A program made the translations under genes and the position numbers. This document shows positions 45,660 through 55,704 of a stretch of 64,000 nt of DNA, piece by piece. The DNA is taken from IMG/VR virus record IMGVR_UViG_3300047319_001872, positions 124,001 through 188,000 of that record; one strand, 5' to 3'. The notes beneath the pieces are model-generated. The model was not told where the DNA came from and did not search any database. It saw nothing but the letters and a program-made list of their open reading frames with translations. The stretch's first letter is position 1. Each line of letters opens with the position of its first letter.

Positions 45660-48600
45660 TTACTTCCAGATAAGTGCTGCAGTGGCATCCGGCGTGCCTG
45701 CCGAAACCGGAATCGCGCCGCCTGCACGCGTGGCGGAGACCCGATAGTTCCCCAGCCGCGTGACCTTTTGCATGTTGATCGCACTGATCTGCGTTGCGTT
45801 GGTGACTAGCGTGCCCACGAACAGCACAGTCGGTGACTCGGGCTGATCGGTGGTGCGAATCACGTACGCTGGAGTCCCATTGGTGAACACCACGTAGATA
45901 TAGAAGGTCGTGTTCGCCGGGCTGGCCTGGATGGTGGTGAGATCAATCGTGGCGGGTTGTAGCTTGTAATACACGCCATTCATGATCAGGGGCTGAATGT
46001 CCGTAAAGTAGACAATCCAGCCTTGTGCCACATCCTGCGACACCTGCACCGACCAATTGGCTTGCGCGGACTGCGTCCACGCATCGTAGGTCGAGAGGTT
46101 GGTCGCAAAGGGTCGGAACGTGAGCTTAGTCAGGTCATCGGAATTCGTCACCAGCTGCTGGAATTCCCCGAAACCCTTCCCCGGCACCCCGCCCCAGAAA
46201 GTCGAGGCGATTTGTCCCCACACGGGATTGGTCACCAAGCGATTCCAGTCGGGACGGTTCGTACTCTTCGGTACCGCAAAACGATACGTGTAGACACCTG
46301 TGAAGAGCACTCGATTCAGGAAGTGTTTGGACGACCCACCAATGAGCCAGCAGTCCGAACACTCGACGATCGTCACGCCGCCACCCATGTAGGTGTACTT
46401 GTAATTACTCTGGTTGTCCGTGAAGCCACTCGCAAAGTTGTAATTCTGCTTTGCCGGTGACACCGACACCAGCGACAAGCCCGTAATCGCCCCTGCCCGA
46501 GAACCCGCTGTAATGGAGAGTTCTCCCAAAGCCGCCATGTCTCTCGCCACGGCATCGGTGGAGACCCAGTTTAGCACAGCAAACGGCGGAATCGAAGCAT
46601 TCTGCGGCACCACGATCGTCACACGTGAATCCACTGCCCCCACTCCCAATGCCGAGAGCATTGCAGATTTGATCGAACCATACAGCGCAGGGGCAATTGA
46701 GGTACTGCCCGTGAGCGTCAGGTTGCTATCACAGTTCGTGAACCCCGTATTGGAAATGTTCTCCATATACGACGCGCCCGTACAGGTGATTGCACCCGCA
46801 GCGGTAATTTCACTGATCATCCCCCCGTACGTAATCGGATTTTTCCCGATGTCCGTTAAGAACTGCCGGTAGGCATTCGGGGCAAAGCCCGTGAGCGTAC
46901 CAAAGTTCTGCGAGCTATAGGTGTAGCCATCCGCACCCTTTTGAGCCAAGATCAGATCGGTCTGGAAACCCCCCGCGGCGTTCTGGCCACCCCCGTAGAC
47001 CATCACCCGGTTATTGGGAAGCTGAAACGAGCCCATCAAACCCCCGCCAACCGCTGAACCATACGCCGGGGTGAATGCAGTGTTAAGCTTCCCCGTCACG
47101 GTGAGTCCGCCTGCCAACGCCAGCACGGGTGTAGTGGCACCCGCATTTAACTTACAGCGCGTCACCCAGCAGTTCAAGTCCGGTTGGTTCTGATCGACCA
47201 CCGAGACCCAGTAGCCCGAGGGATGATAGGAAAGCGTTTCGCCGGTGAGCCAGTTACCCGAGGAAATCGCGCTGCGATCCGTTAACAGAATGGGTCCCGA
47301 GAGCGCAACCTTATTGCTCCCGTTCACAGCCACGGTGAGTGGTCCCTTATAGGTCGCCTCCACACCACCGGTGCGATTGGTGGGATTCCACACAAAGGTG
47401 TAGAACATGTTCACCACTGGTTGCTCGCCGGTGGCTGGATTCTGCACCAGGAACTCCACCATGATGCGGGTGCGGACATTACCATCGGAGCCTTGTGCAC
47501 TGTACGTACAGTGGCCCAACTGGTTCGGATAGAACGGCACGATGTAGCAGCCGTTCGCGCTCGGGTCACGTACCACCAGCGGTTGATTGGCTGCCACATC
47601 CACGCAGGCATTGGCAAAGCGCATGTTGGTGCTGGCGATGTTCTGCCCGTAGAAACTATTGATCGTCCAGCCCGTGAGCGCCGTGGGGACAACGGTATTG
47701 CCATTGCCGATAGACGACAAGGGAATCTGGTAAATCTGGTATTCCACCGGTGAGCCAGTATTGTCCGTCACGTCCGCATTGGGGAAGATCAGGAAAACCG
47801 AATCATTACCGACGAATGCTTCCGGGTAGGCGTTATTAATCACCCCCGGCAGGCTACCGGCAGCAATCACGCAACCCGTATGATTGGCATCGTTAAAGGT
47901 GCCGTGCGTAAGTGAGAGGAACCAGCCCGTGAGATTGTTGCTGGCATCTTGCAGTCGGCCCAAAATACAGGCACCATTGATGTCACTGCGACACACGTAG
48001 CGCGCACTCGAGCCCGACGGGAAATACGCCGGAGCATACTTGCGGTTGGTTCGGGTGGGCGTCAGATCCGTGGCAGCCAGTACGTTCTTGGTGTACGCAT
48101 AGTACACCCCTTGCTTGGAGCCATTGGTCCCGCTGCGCAAGAAGACAAAGGTGCCATCATCTTCCACAATGCCTGGATAGTTACGCGCTTCCCCGTAGAG
48201 GGCGATGTTGGTGGTAGCACCCTCGAACGAACCGGACACGCCAGCCGGAAGATAACTGAGCTCCCCATAGCGCGTGAGCGGCATGCCGCTAAAGGCCACT
48301 CGACCCTGCAACTCGCTATCTACTTGCGTTTTCGAATAGGTCCCTGCTTGAACTGGCGTGACGTTGTGCGATTGACCGTAGGTCGCGGCGTGTGTATCCA
48401 GATCGGCTTCCAAGGCTGTGATCACAGCAGCAGGTGTTGCTCCACCCAGTTCGGCAGCACTGTCGGCAGTGACCGCTTCTTGCACCTTGGTATTCACGAG
48501 CGCTGAATTGTACGGTGCCGCAAAGTCCGTCATGGCGGTCTGCAGACTTTGCAACGAGGACGTGAGTGGGCTCGTGCTCGGTGTTGCTTTCAGTGCTCGA

Positions 48601-48977
48601 TGCGGCGCGGCCATCATCCGCAAGGCCATCCGAGGAACCGGAGCAGGCTCGACCACTTCATCGACCACGATGGGTTCGGGCTCAGGAGTCGGTTCGGGTG
48701 TTGGCTCGGGCTCAGCCACGGCTTCCGGTTCCACTTCGGCTTCAGCCACCACAACGGGCTCTTCGACCAGCGGCGCGGGTTCAGGTTCAGGAATCGGCTC
48801 TTCCACCGGCTCAACAACGGCGGGTTCTTGTGGAGGAGCTTCATCGACGCTGAGGGTCTCGGTAGACTCAGCCGTCTCAGTTGACACCGGCGGCTCTTGA
48901 ACTTCTTGTGGCATTAGCGCGCCAGTGGGGTCGAGTATTTTGACCAGCGCTGCCAGCTTGGCCTTGATCAAGCTCAT
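45660..48977 (-). CDS. long tail fibre / virion structural protein with Glu-Pro-rich N-terminus
   Basis: HNVTPVQAG motif; Thr/Gly/Asn-rich beta body; EPEP repeats in aa~25-110. Confidence 0.75.
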   Translation of the reverse strand: MSLIKAKLAALVKILDPTGALMPQEVQEPPVSTETAESTETLSVDEAPPQEPAVVEPVEEPIPEPEPAPLVEEPVVVAEAEVEPEAVAEPEPTPEPTPEPEPIVVDEVVEPAPVPRMALRMMAAPHRALKATPSTSPLTSSLQSLQTAMTDFAAPYNSALVNTKVQEAVTADSAAELGGATPAAVITALEADLDTHAATYGQSHNVTPVQAGTYSKTQVDSELQGRVAFSGMPLTRYGELSYLPAGVSGSFEGATTNIALYGEARNYPGIVEDDGTFVFLRSGTNGSKQGVYYAYTKNVLAATDLTPTRTNRKYAPAYFPSGSSARYVCRSDINGACILGRLQDASNNLTGWFLSLTHGTFNDANHTGCVIAAGSLPGVINNAYPEAFVGNDSVFLIFPNADVTDNTGSPVEYQIYQIPLSSIGNGNTVVPTALTGWTINSFYGQNIASTNMRFANACVDVAANQPLVVRDPSANGCYIVPFYPNQLGHCTYSAQGSDGNVRTRIMVEFLVQNPATGEQPVVNMFYTFVWNPTNRTGGVEATYKGPLTVAVNGSNKVALSGPILLTDRSAISSGNWLTGETLSYHPSGYWVSVVDQNQPDLNCWVTRCKLNAGATTPVLALAGGLTVTGKLNTAFTPAYGSAVGGGLMGSFQLPNNRVMVYGGGQNAAGGFQTDLILAQKGADGYTYSSQNFGTLTGFAPNAYRQFLTDIGKNPITYGGMISEITAAGAITCTGASYMENISNTGFTNCDSNLTLTGSTSIAPALYGSIKSAMLSALGVGAVDSRVTIVVPQNASIPPFAVLNWVSTDAVARDMAALGELSITAGSRAGAITGLSLVSVSPAKQNYNFASGFTDNQSNYKYTYMGGGVTIVECSDCWLIGGSSKHFLNRVLFTGVYTYRFAVPKSTNRPDWNRLVTNPVWGQIASTFWGGVPGKGFGEFQQLVTNSDDLTKLTFRPFATNLSTYDAWTQSAQANWSVQVSQDVAQGWIVYFTDIQPLIMNGVYYKLQPATIDLTTIQASPANTTFYIYVVFTNGTPAYVIRTTDQPESPTVLFVGTLVTNATQISAINMQKVTRLGNYRVSATRAGGAIPVSAGTPDATAALIWK

Positions 48978-49055
48978 GATGTCCTCTTGCTTAGTATTAA
49001 CATAGCATGGACAAGCGGCATAAAGCCCGGAGGTTTCCCTCCGGGCCTATGACCA

Positions 49056-49634
49056 TTACTGAATGGGGAAATCCGCCTTCTTGATCTTCACCATGCGGCC
49101 ATCCGAGTGGTGCCACACAATGCCTTCAATCGAGCGAGCTTGCAAATACGCCTTCAGATCCGAGAACATGCGCGGACAGTCTTCGATCACATCCTTCCCA
49201 TGCGGGATTAGAACATGCTCCGTCAACTTCTCCGGATTCGCCCCATGACGGGTGCCAATCTTCGGCCCACACACCTCGTAGGTTCCATCGGGTACTTCCC
49301 CCCACGCGTCCAGCGCTTTCAAGACTGCTTCCATGACGTACTTACCGGCAGGTGTCTGCGCACTCACCCAACCCGGCCAGTGACCGGTAACGGGATCAGC
49401 TTCAGGCTGGGCGGGGATAAAGCCTTCCGGCCGTTGGCGACCCTGCTTCAGATCGAAACGCATGAAAGCGCTTCCTGCCTGAATCAAGACCGCGACGCCG
49501 TCCCACTTGCGCGTGGCAACCCCTTCGCCATTTAACACCCATTCTGCACCGGCAGTCACTTCATCACGAACACGCCGTTCCCCGTGCGTGTCCTTGTCCC
49601 AGTTGCGTTGAAACAGCGAGATGATCTTCTTCAT
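49056..49634 (-). CDS. RNA-ligase-like nucleotidyltransferase (DUF5565-like)
   Basis: ATRKWDG (KxDG), GTYEVCGPKI, IEGIVWH, MVKIK. Confidence 0.7.
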   Translation of the reverse strand: MKKIISLFQRNWDKDTHGERRVRDEVTAGAEWVLNGEGVATRKWDGVAVLIQAGSAFMRFDLKQGRQRPEGFIPAQPEADPVTGHWPGWVSAQTPAGKYVMEAVLKALDAWGEVPDGTYEVCGPKIGTRHGANPEKLTEHVLIPHGKDVIEDCPRMFSDLKAYLQARSIEGIVWHHSDGRMVKIKKADFPIQ

Positions 49635-49702
49635 TTTACTACCCTTTAACGGAGGTTCGATTAGTTTTCGAATCCCGCCGCCCCACCATTAAAGGTCCTG
49701 CT

Positions 49703-50053
49703 TTACCGCAGCTGACGATTGTAGTTCACGCGCGTGACGCGCACCGTCATCATCACCCCTTCGAGCGCCCCGACGTTCGTTGTTGGTGCCAAGGTGACAT
49801 CCCCGAGCTCCGTGTTGAATACCACCAGGCCTTCATGCTTGCCGTCGCGTTTGATCTCAAAACCGATCTGACGCGCAGGCATCGGCACTCGCCTGATGGC
49901 ATCCCACGTGAAGCCGTGCCCCGCAACACTCATTACTTCGACCGACTCCACGCAATCCGTGTCATCGGCGTACTCCATGCGATCCGTCTCAGACAACAAG
50001 TTGTGCGAGGCGGGCATCCCCAGGTCAATCTTAACTTCGTCGTAATTGCTCAT
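49703..50053 (-). CDS. hypothetical protein
   Basis: ORF track. Confidence 0.55.
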   Translation of the reverse strand: MSNYDEVKIDLGMPASHNLLSETDRMEYADDTDCVESVEVMSVAGHGFTWDAIRRVPMPARQIGFEIKRDGKHEGLVVFNTELGDVTLAPTTNVGALEGVMMTVRVTRVNYNRQLR

Positions 50054-50241
50054 CTTACACTCAAACAGAAACTGAAATGAATTAGTACTTCTTCATCACG
50101 CTTCCTTTTTCATGTTGGCTCCTCGAGCAGGACGATCTGGTTGGTCTCCCCTGTTAGCCTCGCAATCGAGTGGGGAATCCGGTTAGATCGGTCATGTGGT
50201 CATGTGTGCACAACATGGTGAATGCAAGGCAAAAATTACTT

Positions 50242-50985
50242 TTAGACGAAGTCCTTCGGCTGGACGGCCAATTCATGCAGCAAGGAACTCGGGTACTTGT
50301 CCGGATTCATTGCTTTGATCACTTCACCCAGGTAGTTCTGATGGTGATTGTCTTCCCAGTCTTTGACCGTGTGATGCAAGAGTCGACACGGACCACAGCG
50401 CGTACACGCTTTGATGGTCTTGTGCGCAGCCTCGCCGACTTCATACGGCGTCTCACACACCCAGGTGGCCATCACGAGCCGCTTGTCGATTCGATTGATG
50501 GTGTCGTACTTGGTGTGGTGCGTTTCCACCAGCGGGAAGACCAACTGCGGCACGGCCTCACGTGGTCCACGCGTCATCACCCAGCCCGCTTCCCAGTAAG
50601 CTTTAAACTGTTGCTGATAGACCGGTGCTTGGTCCCCGAGCACGTAGCCCGCGCTCACCGAATGATGGCGTTGCGAATCAAAGGCAATCAACGCCGCCGT
50701 CAACCAGCTGATCGGTTGCACCGCCTTGATGTCACTATTCTCGCCAAAGAGTCGATTCAGCTCGATCTCGTGATCCTGGAGTACGCGATGTTTATAGTGC
50801 TTTTCGAAGAGCGCGAAGAGCTTCTTGCGCGCCTCCTTTTCCTTGACCAACTTCAGCGGATGCGGGTTAGCTTGCACAAAGAGCGTATCCACATCCCCAT
50901 AGTGCAGGAACCACTGAAGCAGGTAGGTTGAGTCCATGCCGCCTGAAAAAAGCAGGAGGGGGACTTTCTTGTTGTCTTCTTCCAT
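50242..50985 (-). CDS. QueC-like PP-loop ATPase
   Basis: LLFSGGMDSTY (SGGxDS); WVCE...ACTRCGPC Zn site. Confidence 0.75.
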   Translation of the reverse strand: MEEDNKKVPLLLFSGGMDSTYLLQWFLHYGDVDTLFVQANPHPLKLVKEKEARKKLFALFEKHYKHRVLQDHEIELNRLFGENSDIKAVQPISWLTAALIAFDSQRHHSVSAGYVLGDQAPVYQQQFKAYWEAGWVMTRGPREAVPQLVFPLVETHHTKYDTINRIDKRLVMATWVCETPYEVGEAAHKTIKACTRCGPCRLLHHTVKDWEDNHHQNYLGEVIKAMNPDKYPSSLLHELAVQPKDFV

Positions 50986-50989
50986 GATG

Positions 50990-51403
50990 TTAGACGTTAA
51001 AGAGTTCTTCGATGCTCACCTTCTTGTAGACCGGTGAGTAGCTATCCAGCCAACCATCGGGCACGTAGTAGCACATGCCGTCCCGATAAAGACCGAGCTT
51101 GATGAACTGCTCGATCATGTACTGACCCACTAACTGGATTGCTCCCGCGTAGATCTTGCCATCGTTCTCGCAACCTTGCAGCGCATGTTCTCTGACAGTC
51201 CACTCCATGTACGACTTCAGTCCCTGCTCCGCGTCGATGGGGTTGTTGATGTACGGCGGCAAGAGCTCCAGCACTTCGGGTAGTGAACCCTCGAAGTCTT
51301 TCATCCAGTTGACCTTCTTGCGAAACGCGGGTTCGATGTCCCACAGATCGAACACAATGCGCTCCGGGCCCGGTGGTGTTTCCACAGTTTTAGGATAGAG
51401 CAT
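50990..51403 (-). CDS. hypothetical protein, paralog of 51406-51807
   Basis: LVGQYMIEQFIKLGLY vs LGDALVDQLRELRAY. Confidence 0.65.
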   Translation of the reverse strand: MLYPKTVETPPGPERIVFDLWDIEPAFRKKVNWMKDFEGSLPEVLELLPPYINNPIDAEQGLKSYMEWTVREHALQGCENDGKIYAGAIQLVGQYMIEQFIKLGLYRDGMCYYVPDGWLDSYSPVYKKVSIEELFNV

Positions 51404-51405
51404 GA

Positions 51406-51807
51406 TTAGATCTTCGCGAGAATCAGGTCAGCGTGTGCAATGCGACCCGAGAGATGATAATTGAATTGGTGTTTCTCATCGTAAGCCCGCAGCTCACGCA
51501 GCTGGTCCACCAACGCATCACCCAACACCACGACGCCTTGCGCCAGAACAATAGATTCGGGTGCCGAGTCCGTCAAGAAACCATTGTCCTTGATTTCGTT
51601 GGCGTAGTCCCACAGCCGAGAGTGGGCCTGATGCTCGTGCGAGACACAATCAATCACCCGATCGAGCACCTGATCTAAATAGTCCTCGATGTATTCCTGA
51701 GCAATCACTTCACCATCGTACTGGGTCTGTCTAAAGAACGCCGTGTCCTTCAGAAACCGCCCTAATGGCTTCAGGGTATCGATGATTAAGTATTCTGTTT
51801 GTTCCAT
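51406..51807 (-). CDS. hypothetical protein
   Basis: GAGGAGG RBS before ATG 51807; terminator at 51858 lies upstream. Confidence 0.65.
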   Translation of the reverse strand: MEQTEYLIIDTLKPLGRFLKDTAFFRQTQYDGEVIAQEYIEDYLDQVLDRVIDCVSHEHQAHSRLWDYANEIKDNGFLTDSAPESIVLAQGVVVLGDALVDQLRELRAYDEKHQFNYHLSGRIAHADLILAKI

Positions 51808-52107
51808 GAATTCCTCCTCATTTCCGCATACCGTAAGCCACATACGTAAAATTTGCAGCATAGAGCCGGGACCGAAGTCCCGGCATCCATGTCCCCTTTC
51901 CGGAGGAGGTCTCACGGTCTCATCGAGCGTATGCGCTTTCAATGAAGCGCTCTCATCGCGTAGACTTAACAGGCCACACAGGCTCTGCATAACATAGCGT
52001 CATAAAGGCAGGCCCGGAGAGCCCACCCTTATAACCGGCTCGCGCCGAACGACAACCACCTCTCAGGAGAAGGAACGATGCCCCATCACGAACAGTTCCA
52101 TAGAATA

Positions 52108-52830
52108 CTAGAATTGCGGGAACCAGTTGCCATGAATGGCTTCTTGCACCCGCTCCACCAAACGGTCAATCGAGTGGTCCTGGTCTGAGAAGCCGGAGGG
52201 TTTCCAGTCAGTCGCCTTGATCCACTCAGCGGCGGTCGACATCAACCACATATACTTGCCTGCCGGGTTGTGGACATAGCCTTGACGCGGGGGCCAGGCA
52301 AACCAGCGGTCAGCACCTTGTACCGTACAGACCGCGTTCGCCAGATCGGGTCCATAGGCTGCCCACCATTCCGGGGTGGCAAACATCGGCGGCTCAAATG
52401 CATAGATGTCACCGACGCGTTCTTTGGGCAGAAACATCGGCGTGAGCAAAGCGCGCTCAGCCCCCAAGGAGTGACCCTCGACACTGATTTCTGCGGTAGC
52501 CGGGATCTTACTCAAAGCCCAGGCCCAGAACTTGTCCATGCCTTCGATGATGCCTGAGGCGACTTGACCGCCCTTTAAGCAGTCATGCGGTGCCAGCCAA
52601 ATATCAGCAAAGAGATCCGCCCCATAGCCTTCGGAGTAACGCGTGCCGGAAATGGACACATAGTAACGACCCTTGCTATCAGTCGATACAGCGCCTTGGT
52701 GAGTGGCATCCTGGTATTGTCCCAGGTAAGTCATCCCGAGCCCGCTGAAGGCCTTCTGAGCAGCCAGCGCATCGGGAATATAGACAGCTTGCGCACGCTG
52801 CGCCGCTGCCAGAAGGGCGATTGGGTTCAT
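52108..52830 (-). CDS. class-3 lipase-like alpha/beta hydrolase
   Basis: VSISGT, VEGHSLGA (GxSxG), FEPP, C-terminal DHSI. Confidence 0.8.
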   Translation of the reverse strand: MNPIALLAAAQRAQAVYIPDALAAQKAFSGLGMTYLGQYQDATHQGAVSTDSKGRYYVSISGTRYSEGYGADLFADIWLAPHDCLKGGQVASGIIEGMDKFWAWALSKIPATAEISVEGHSLGAERALLTPMFLPKERVGDIYAFEPPMFATPEWWAAYGPDLANAVCTVQGADRWFAWPPRQGYVHNPAGKYMWLMSTAAEWIKATDWKPSGFSDQDHSIDRLVERVQEAIHGNWFPQF

Positions 52831-52833
52831 TGC

Positions 52834-53547
52834 TTAAAGTGTCCTTACCACGTTACTGATGACTCCGTTGACCACATTGAACGTGACACCCACGGCGCCA
52901 TCCAAACAACCCGCATCCGTGCCACCGCTACCAATGCCGGTTTGATACGTCCCGGCGTAGAGCTCAGCCGCCTTGGTGCCCCCCTTGCTACCCAGCAGCA
53001 AGTACGCGCCTCGATACTGAATACTGTTTAACATCGAGCTCGAGGCTCCGAGCGCCACCAGTGCGTTATCAACCGCTGCGATCGGGGGATTAGTCACCCC
53101 TGGCTCAACGGGGGCGACACCACTCGCGGGTTCGTCGTAGGTGACGAGCACGAAGTTCGTACCCGTCGCGAGCGCGCCCACGTCGGCTGAAAACTGTGCC
53201 GAACCATACGGGGTCGCGGTAGGTGAGCCGTCCGAGGCTTCGCCGAAAATATCGTACGAGCGACTAAAGGCGATGTTGCCGTACTTGTCAAAGGTGACAA
53301 GACTGTAAGAGCGAGTCGGACCCAACTTCTGGGCCCCATTCATCCACAGTCCCCCATTGGCCGCCGCAATACGGTTCTGGAGCAAGCCCAACGAATACGC
53401 CGTAAAGTCGTTATCGCCGTGGTACTGCGTCCAGGTCCCGTTCACATTACGAAAGGCGCGCCGCACCTTGGTCCAGGTGCCGTTGATGTTGCGCCAGAGG
53501 TGTTTGGTGACAGTCCACGTTCCGCTAATGTTCTTGTAGATCGGCAT
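52834..53547 (-). CDS. tail-associated protein with ILEI-like domain
   Basis: Repeated NI.GTW N-terminus; RSYDIFG, LVTYDEP, LVALGA, YRGAYLLLG. Confidence 0.65.
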   Translation of the reverse strand: MPIYKNISGTWTVTKHLWRNINGTWTKVRRAFRNVNGTWTQYHGDNDFTAYSLGLLQNRIAAANGGLWMNGAQKLGPTRSYSLVTFDKYGNIAFSRSYDIFGEASDGSPTATPYGSAQFSADVGALATGTNFVLVTYDEPASGVAPVEPGVTNPPIAAVDNALVALGASSSMLNSIQYRGAYLLLGSKGGTKAAELYAGTYQTGIGSGGTDAGCLDGAVGVTFNVVNGVISNVVRTL

Positions 53548-53549
53548 GT

Positions 53550-54074
53550 TTACACCTGATACCAAGTATCGCCATTCGCACCACCCGAGGGAGCCGCAGC
53601 GGACACTGTCGTCTTACCGTTGCCGCCACTTACATAGGTGCCGCCTTCGACCAGGTAGCTGGCACCGTCGTGATAGAGTTCAGCCGTCGTACCAGGGGCG
53701 AGCACCAGTGAAGCCGCGCCGTTGCTTTGCGAGGACAAAATGTTGGACGCCGTGAGCGTCCAGTTAAACCCCGAGGTATTTTCAAAGACCAAGCGCTTAC
53801 CCGCGTTGGCAGGTGCTGCAGCAGGCAAAGCAGTGCTCAGCGCACCCGTGGTGTTCGCCGCGTCGGTCTGGTAGACATACCCCCAAGGATCGGCTGGCAG
53901 GGTGCTGGCGCCCGTTTTGATCGATACCAGACCCCGTTGACTGCCGACCTGCGCGCCGAGCGCAATATCCGCATTCTGGCGCGTCGTGGCTTCAGCACTG
54001 TCTTTATTGTGGATCGCGGTGCCGGTGCTGGCAACTGCGGTTTGAAGTTGAGCGAGTTCGTCAGAGAGTGCCAT
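53550..54074 (-). CDS. short tail-fibre-like protein
   Basis: Ala/Thr/Gly-rich; VSAAAPSGGANGDTWYQV C-terminus. Confidence 0.65.
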   Translation of the reverse strand: MALSDELAQLQTAVASTGTAIHNKDSAEATTRQNADIALGAQVGSQRGLVSIKTGASTLPADPWGYVYQTDAANTTGALSTALPAAAPANAGKRLVFENTSGFNWTLTASNILSSQSNGAASLVLAPGTTAELYHDGASYLVEGGTYVSGGNGKTTVSAAAPSGGANGDTWYQV

Positions 54075-54162
54075 GTACTGCTCCAGTGAGAAAGAATAGA
54101 TTCATACGATGGCTTTCGATTTAGCGGCATAGGAGGCGAGCCGAAGCCCGCCTCAGGTCCAG

Positions 54163-54447
54163 TCACTCCACTGGCAAGATGTAGATCGGCGAACTATCCT
54201 GCGGTTCGTAAAGCGGTTTTTCTTCCCGACCCAACGAACGACGAATCGCTTGCTTCTGGCCTTGCTTTGCTTGCATGAAGTCGGCAATGCGGGCACCGGC
54301 CTCAGCCTGCGTATTGAAACGCATCGCACGAGTTTCCAGCGTCACGATGTTGGGGACATCGCCCCGGTCCGCGTGTTCGCTAAAGTACTCGATGTTGCTG
54401 TGCGCCCCGGCGCGTGTGGGCGAACCCAAAACAAATTGGTACGGCAT
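54163..54447 (-). CDS. hypothetical protein
   Basis: ORF track, followed by terminator. Confidence 0.55.
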   Translation of the reverse strand: MPYQFVLGSPTRAGAHSNIEYFSEHADRGDVPNIVTLETRAMRFNTQAEAGARIADFMQAKQGQKQAIRRSLGREEKPLYEPQDSSPIYILPVE

Positions 54448-54462
54448 GGTCCTTCCCCGATG

Positions 54463-54939
54463 TTACGGCTTCACACTCAACTGCTCAGCAAGCACATCGA
54501 GTCGTTCAGCCAGATTCATGATGCCCTTCTCCGGGACACCAAAGAGCCACAGCAGTTGTTCGAGTTGCGCGTCGTTGCCTTCTGCCTTGCGGATAAACCA
54601 GTGCGTGGCGACGGCGGTGGATTGCAGCAGCCCCAGCTTCAGGTTGTTCGGCTTACTCGGGTCTTCGATGTACTCGTACAACCCGATCGCACCGAGGCGC
54701 GTCATCAGCAGCACCACTCGCATGCCAGTCGTGGTCTTGAACTTGGCAAACGTGCCGTAAGCAAAGCGCACGTTGTCCACCCCGTGGCGCATGTCGATCG
54801 CTCCCTTCGGCGTCAGCGTAAAGCCGATGTCCGTCAGGTTCACTTCCGGGGTGGTTTCCCGTGCCCAGAGGAAGTTCTCGAAATACTCCCGGAACGAGTT
54901 CGTGTAACCCTTATCCAGTCCTTGAGCCAGCTGCTTCAT
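54463..54939 (-). CDS. hypothetical protein
   Basis: ORF track, ATGA overlap. Confidence 0.6.
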   Translation of the reverse strand: MKQLAQGLDKGYTNSFREYFENFLWARETTPEVNLTDIGFTLTPKGAIDMRHGVDNVRFAYGTFAKFKTTTGMRVVLLMTRLGAIGLYEYIEDPSKPNNLKLGLLQSTAVATHWFIRKAEGNDAQLEQLLWLFGVPEKGIMNLAERLDVLAEQLSVKP

Positions 54940-55124
54940 TTCTGCACCTCCGCCTGCCGCAGTCGTTCCTGTGCGTTTCGGACTGCTTCACGTTGTTCAT
55001 CTTCCGTGAGAAACACCCAGCCATCGACATCTGCCTGAGTGCGACCACAGCCCTTACACACTGCATCGAAAAGCGTGGAACACACGCCGATGCAACCCGA
55101 TTCAACTGCCATTCTTTTCCTCAA
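54936..55124 (-). CDS. DUF1289-like small Cys protein
   Basis: SGCIGVCS...CKGCGRT...W. Confidence 0.7.
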   Translation of the reverse strand: MRKRMAVESGCIGVCSTLFDAVCKGCGRTQADVDGWVFLTEDEQREAVRNAQERLRQAEVQK

Positions 55125-55461
55125 ATGCTTTCATCACGGACTTGAGTCGCTCCATGATGGCTTTAACGTCACTTTTCTCGAACACCACGAATTTCGCATT
55201 GGCGTGGCCGAGGGTATCGCGTGCCGGACAGCGTAAGTCCAGACTGAAACGACTGCAACTGGCTACCGCAGTGCGCTGAAGCATGCGGCTATGGTCCGCG
55301 TCATCGGCTTTCACCTCCAACACGTTCTGGAACATGTAGTCACCCTGAGCCGCCAGTCCCGTCTTGATACGCAGATCCCCCCAGCTCGCCTCGTTGTAAT
55401 ACTTACAGAAGAGGGTCTCGTTCGGCAGAGCGAGGAATTCTTCCAAGCCTACAATTCTCAT
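55102..55461 (-). CDS. hypothetical protein
   Basis: ORF track. Confidence 0.6.
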   Translation of the reverse strand: MRIVGLEEFLALPNETLFCKYYNEASWGDLRIKTGLAAQGDYMFQNVLEVKADDADHSRMLQRTAVASCSRFSLDLRCPARDTLGHANAKFVVFEKSDVKAIMERLKSVMKAFEEKNGS

Positions 55462-55463
55462 CG

Positions 55464-55703
55464 CTACCTCTTTGGTCCGATATTAATCGGCTTGCCCGTG
55501 ACCTTGGTGACGCCTTCGAGGACGAGGTAGGCGATGACCACGACATTGACCAGCGGCAAGCATGTGAGCACGGTCAGCCATTCTGCGCGCCCTAGTTTGC
55601 GACGATGTCCCACGTAGTGCAACACCATCATCATGGCCAGCAAACAACTGCCCATCGCGTAGCAGCCAAAGGCACTCGCCGTGATCTTCACCCACCAACT
55701 CAT
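55464..55703 (-). CDS. small membrane protein
   Basis: Two TM segments. Confidence 0.55.
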   Translation of the reverse strand: MSWWVKITASAFGCYAMGSCLLAMMMVLHYVGHRRKLGRAEWLTVLTCLPLVNVVVIAYLVLEGVTKVTGKPINIGPKR

Positions 55704-55704
55704 G

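Noticed and set aside
48600-48900. Short tandem DNA repeats (GGCTCAGG/GGTTCGGG)
   Set aside because: Explained by the EPEP/EPTP low-complexity coding region
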